From Lama glama (lineage: Eukaryota): a stretch of 64,000 nucleotides of DNA. Below are positions 62,750 through 64,000 of this stretch, piece by piece (within the stretch, counting starts at the first letter, position 1; every line of letters begins with the position of its first letter). The position numbers were made by a program, and so were the translations under genes. Under the pieces are notes generated by a model. The model did no database searches. It worked only from the letters and a program-made list of their open reading frames with translations, and was not told where the DNA came from. The stretch lies in NCBI GenBank assembly GCA_028534125.1, contig CM052817.1, positions 94,180,001-94,244,000 on the forward strand, given 5' to 3'.

Positions 62750-64000
62750 GTAAACCGCGTCCGTCTGCGCAAGTGCGCGCGCGTCCGTGCGCGCATATCT
62801 TTAGGAAGCTCACCTTTAAACTTTTTTAACCCTCATTTGAAGGCTTAAAAGAAACCACCTATAGAAGCTTATATTTTAGGCGTATATTTCAGGTGTATGT
62901 TCCCCGACTAATGATGTCTGATGTTCAGGAGATTTTATTAAAGAAACACGTTCTCTATAATTTTTGGCAGAGAACACTTGTACCTACAAGGCTCTTTTGG
63001 AAATGTGTCTCCTGTGTCATAGTCGTTGTTACAGACTCACAGTATTACTTGCTTAACAGATTTCACTGATTTATAAATGGTGATCTTGCTCCATTTCTTA
63101 TGTGATTGTAAACCAGCCAAGGGTCATCTTTTGTTTCTGAAGAAGGAGAGGAATATCTACTGCTAGAAGATTTTGAAAGCAAAACGATTCCATTGCAGTG
63201 AGTGTGTTGTGGTTGCTTTGGATCTGTGTGAGAAATTAATCATGCAGGTAAAATCCCAGTATAGCAAATTCTATGGAATAAACCAATCGGGCATCAGTGA
63301 AATTTGATGAAGTCAAATATATTGCTAAAAACTACGAAACTTTTGAATCTTCATACCTAGCAATGAAGCAGACCTTACAACAAGACTTGACTTGACAGAT
63401 TTTTAAGTAGAACGGAGTATATGGATTTCCGTGATTACCAAGGCTATCCTAAAACCTTTCCCAGAGCCTGATTTACCTGTCATCTCCAGCTTTGCTTCCA
63501 TACCCCTCTCTTCTTTCAAGCTATAAGATATTTTAATCTGATCGTTCTTGTCATTTGATGTTGGCTAATTGGAAGGCTTAAATTAAAGTAATAGTGACAG
63601 TTGGAGTCAGAAATTAACTAGAAGATCTGTTTTACCATTAGCAGCTATGTGATAACTAGTGACATGGGTGTATTTATTATCTTAATTTGCAGTATGAAGG
63701 GCAGAGGTGAATTGCATTGAGAGGTGAAAGATTTTTTTTAAACAGATGTTAGATGGAGGCATTATTTTTATAACAAAAAAATTTTTTTCATGTAGAAAGT
63801 GACTGTTACTAGGCTCTGGGATCATACAAAACACTTGTTCAAAAATTTTTAAGTAGAATTGGTTAAGATCCACAAATTAGTTCCTGTAAACCATTCCCTG
63901 AGATAATGGAAACAGCTAACAAACCTTTCAAAGATGAGTTTCTATATATTTGTTGTAATGGGATTTTACCTGTAAGAGCAAAAAAAAAATTTTTTTTATA

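Noticed and set aside
62514..62753. 79-aa ORF as a separate gene
   Set aside because: It is GAB1 exon 3 plus a few intronic codons from a TTG.
1..64000. Scattered AP-1 (TGASTCA) and octamer (ATGCAAAT) matches; intronic snoRNA or miRNA genes; a novel multi-gene system
   Set aside because: Isolated 7-8-mers are expected by chance in 64 kb. I saw no convincing C/D, H/ACA or pre-miRNA structure, though an Infernal/Rfam scan is needed to exclude them. The window is explained by GAB1 plus common repeats.

Overview
This is mammalian genomic DNA, not prokaryotic. It lies inside the GAB1 gene (GRB2-associated binding protein 1) on the + strand and covers the last ~51.7 kb of intron 1, exon 2 (51664-51958, most of the PH domain), intron 2 (51959-62526, 10,568 nt), exon 3 (62527-62749) and the start of intron 3. 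Both exons have AG/GT boundaries and join in frame. Ten copies of a tRNA-Ala(AGC)-derived SINE resembling Vic-1, with no Alu, B1/B2, Bov-tA, PRE-1 or Can-SINE seen, point to a camelid genome (inference). The rest is ordinary intronic repeat content: 5'-truncated L1s (several with clear TSDs), L2, MIR, CR1/L3, MaLR LTRs and MER DNA-transposon fossils. All other ORFs in the track look spurious or are L1 ORF2 remnants. I found no convincing new biological system. The best leads are modest: inverted repeat pairs that could form dsRNA or circularise exon 2, differences from human GAB1 as recalled (E66Q, a one-codon deletion next to PPxY), a purine-rich exon 3 acceptor, a CpG-dense hairpin/Z-DNA patch next to the exon 3 donor, a strong CTCF motif, a phased triple GATA repeat, and candidate intronic promoters that could give the PH-less Met104 isoform. 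Repeat names and most repeat boundaries were called by eye and are approximate.
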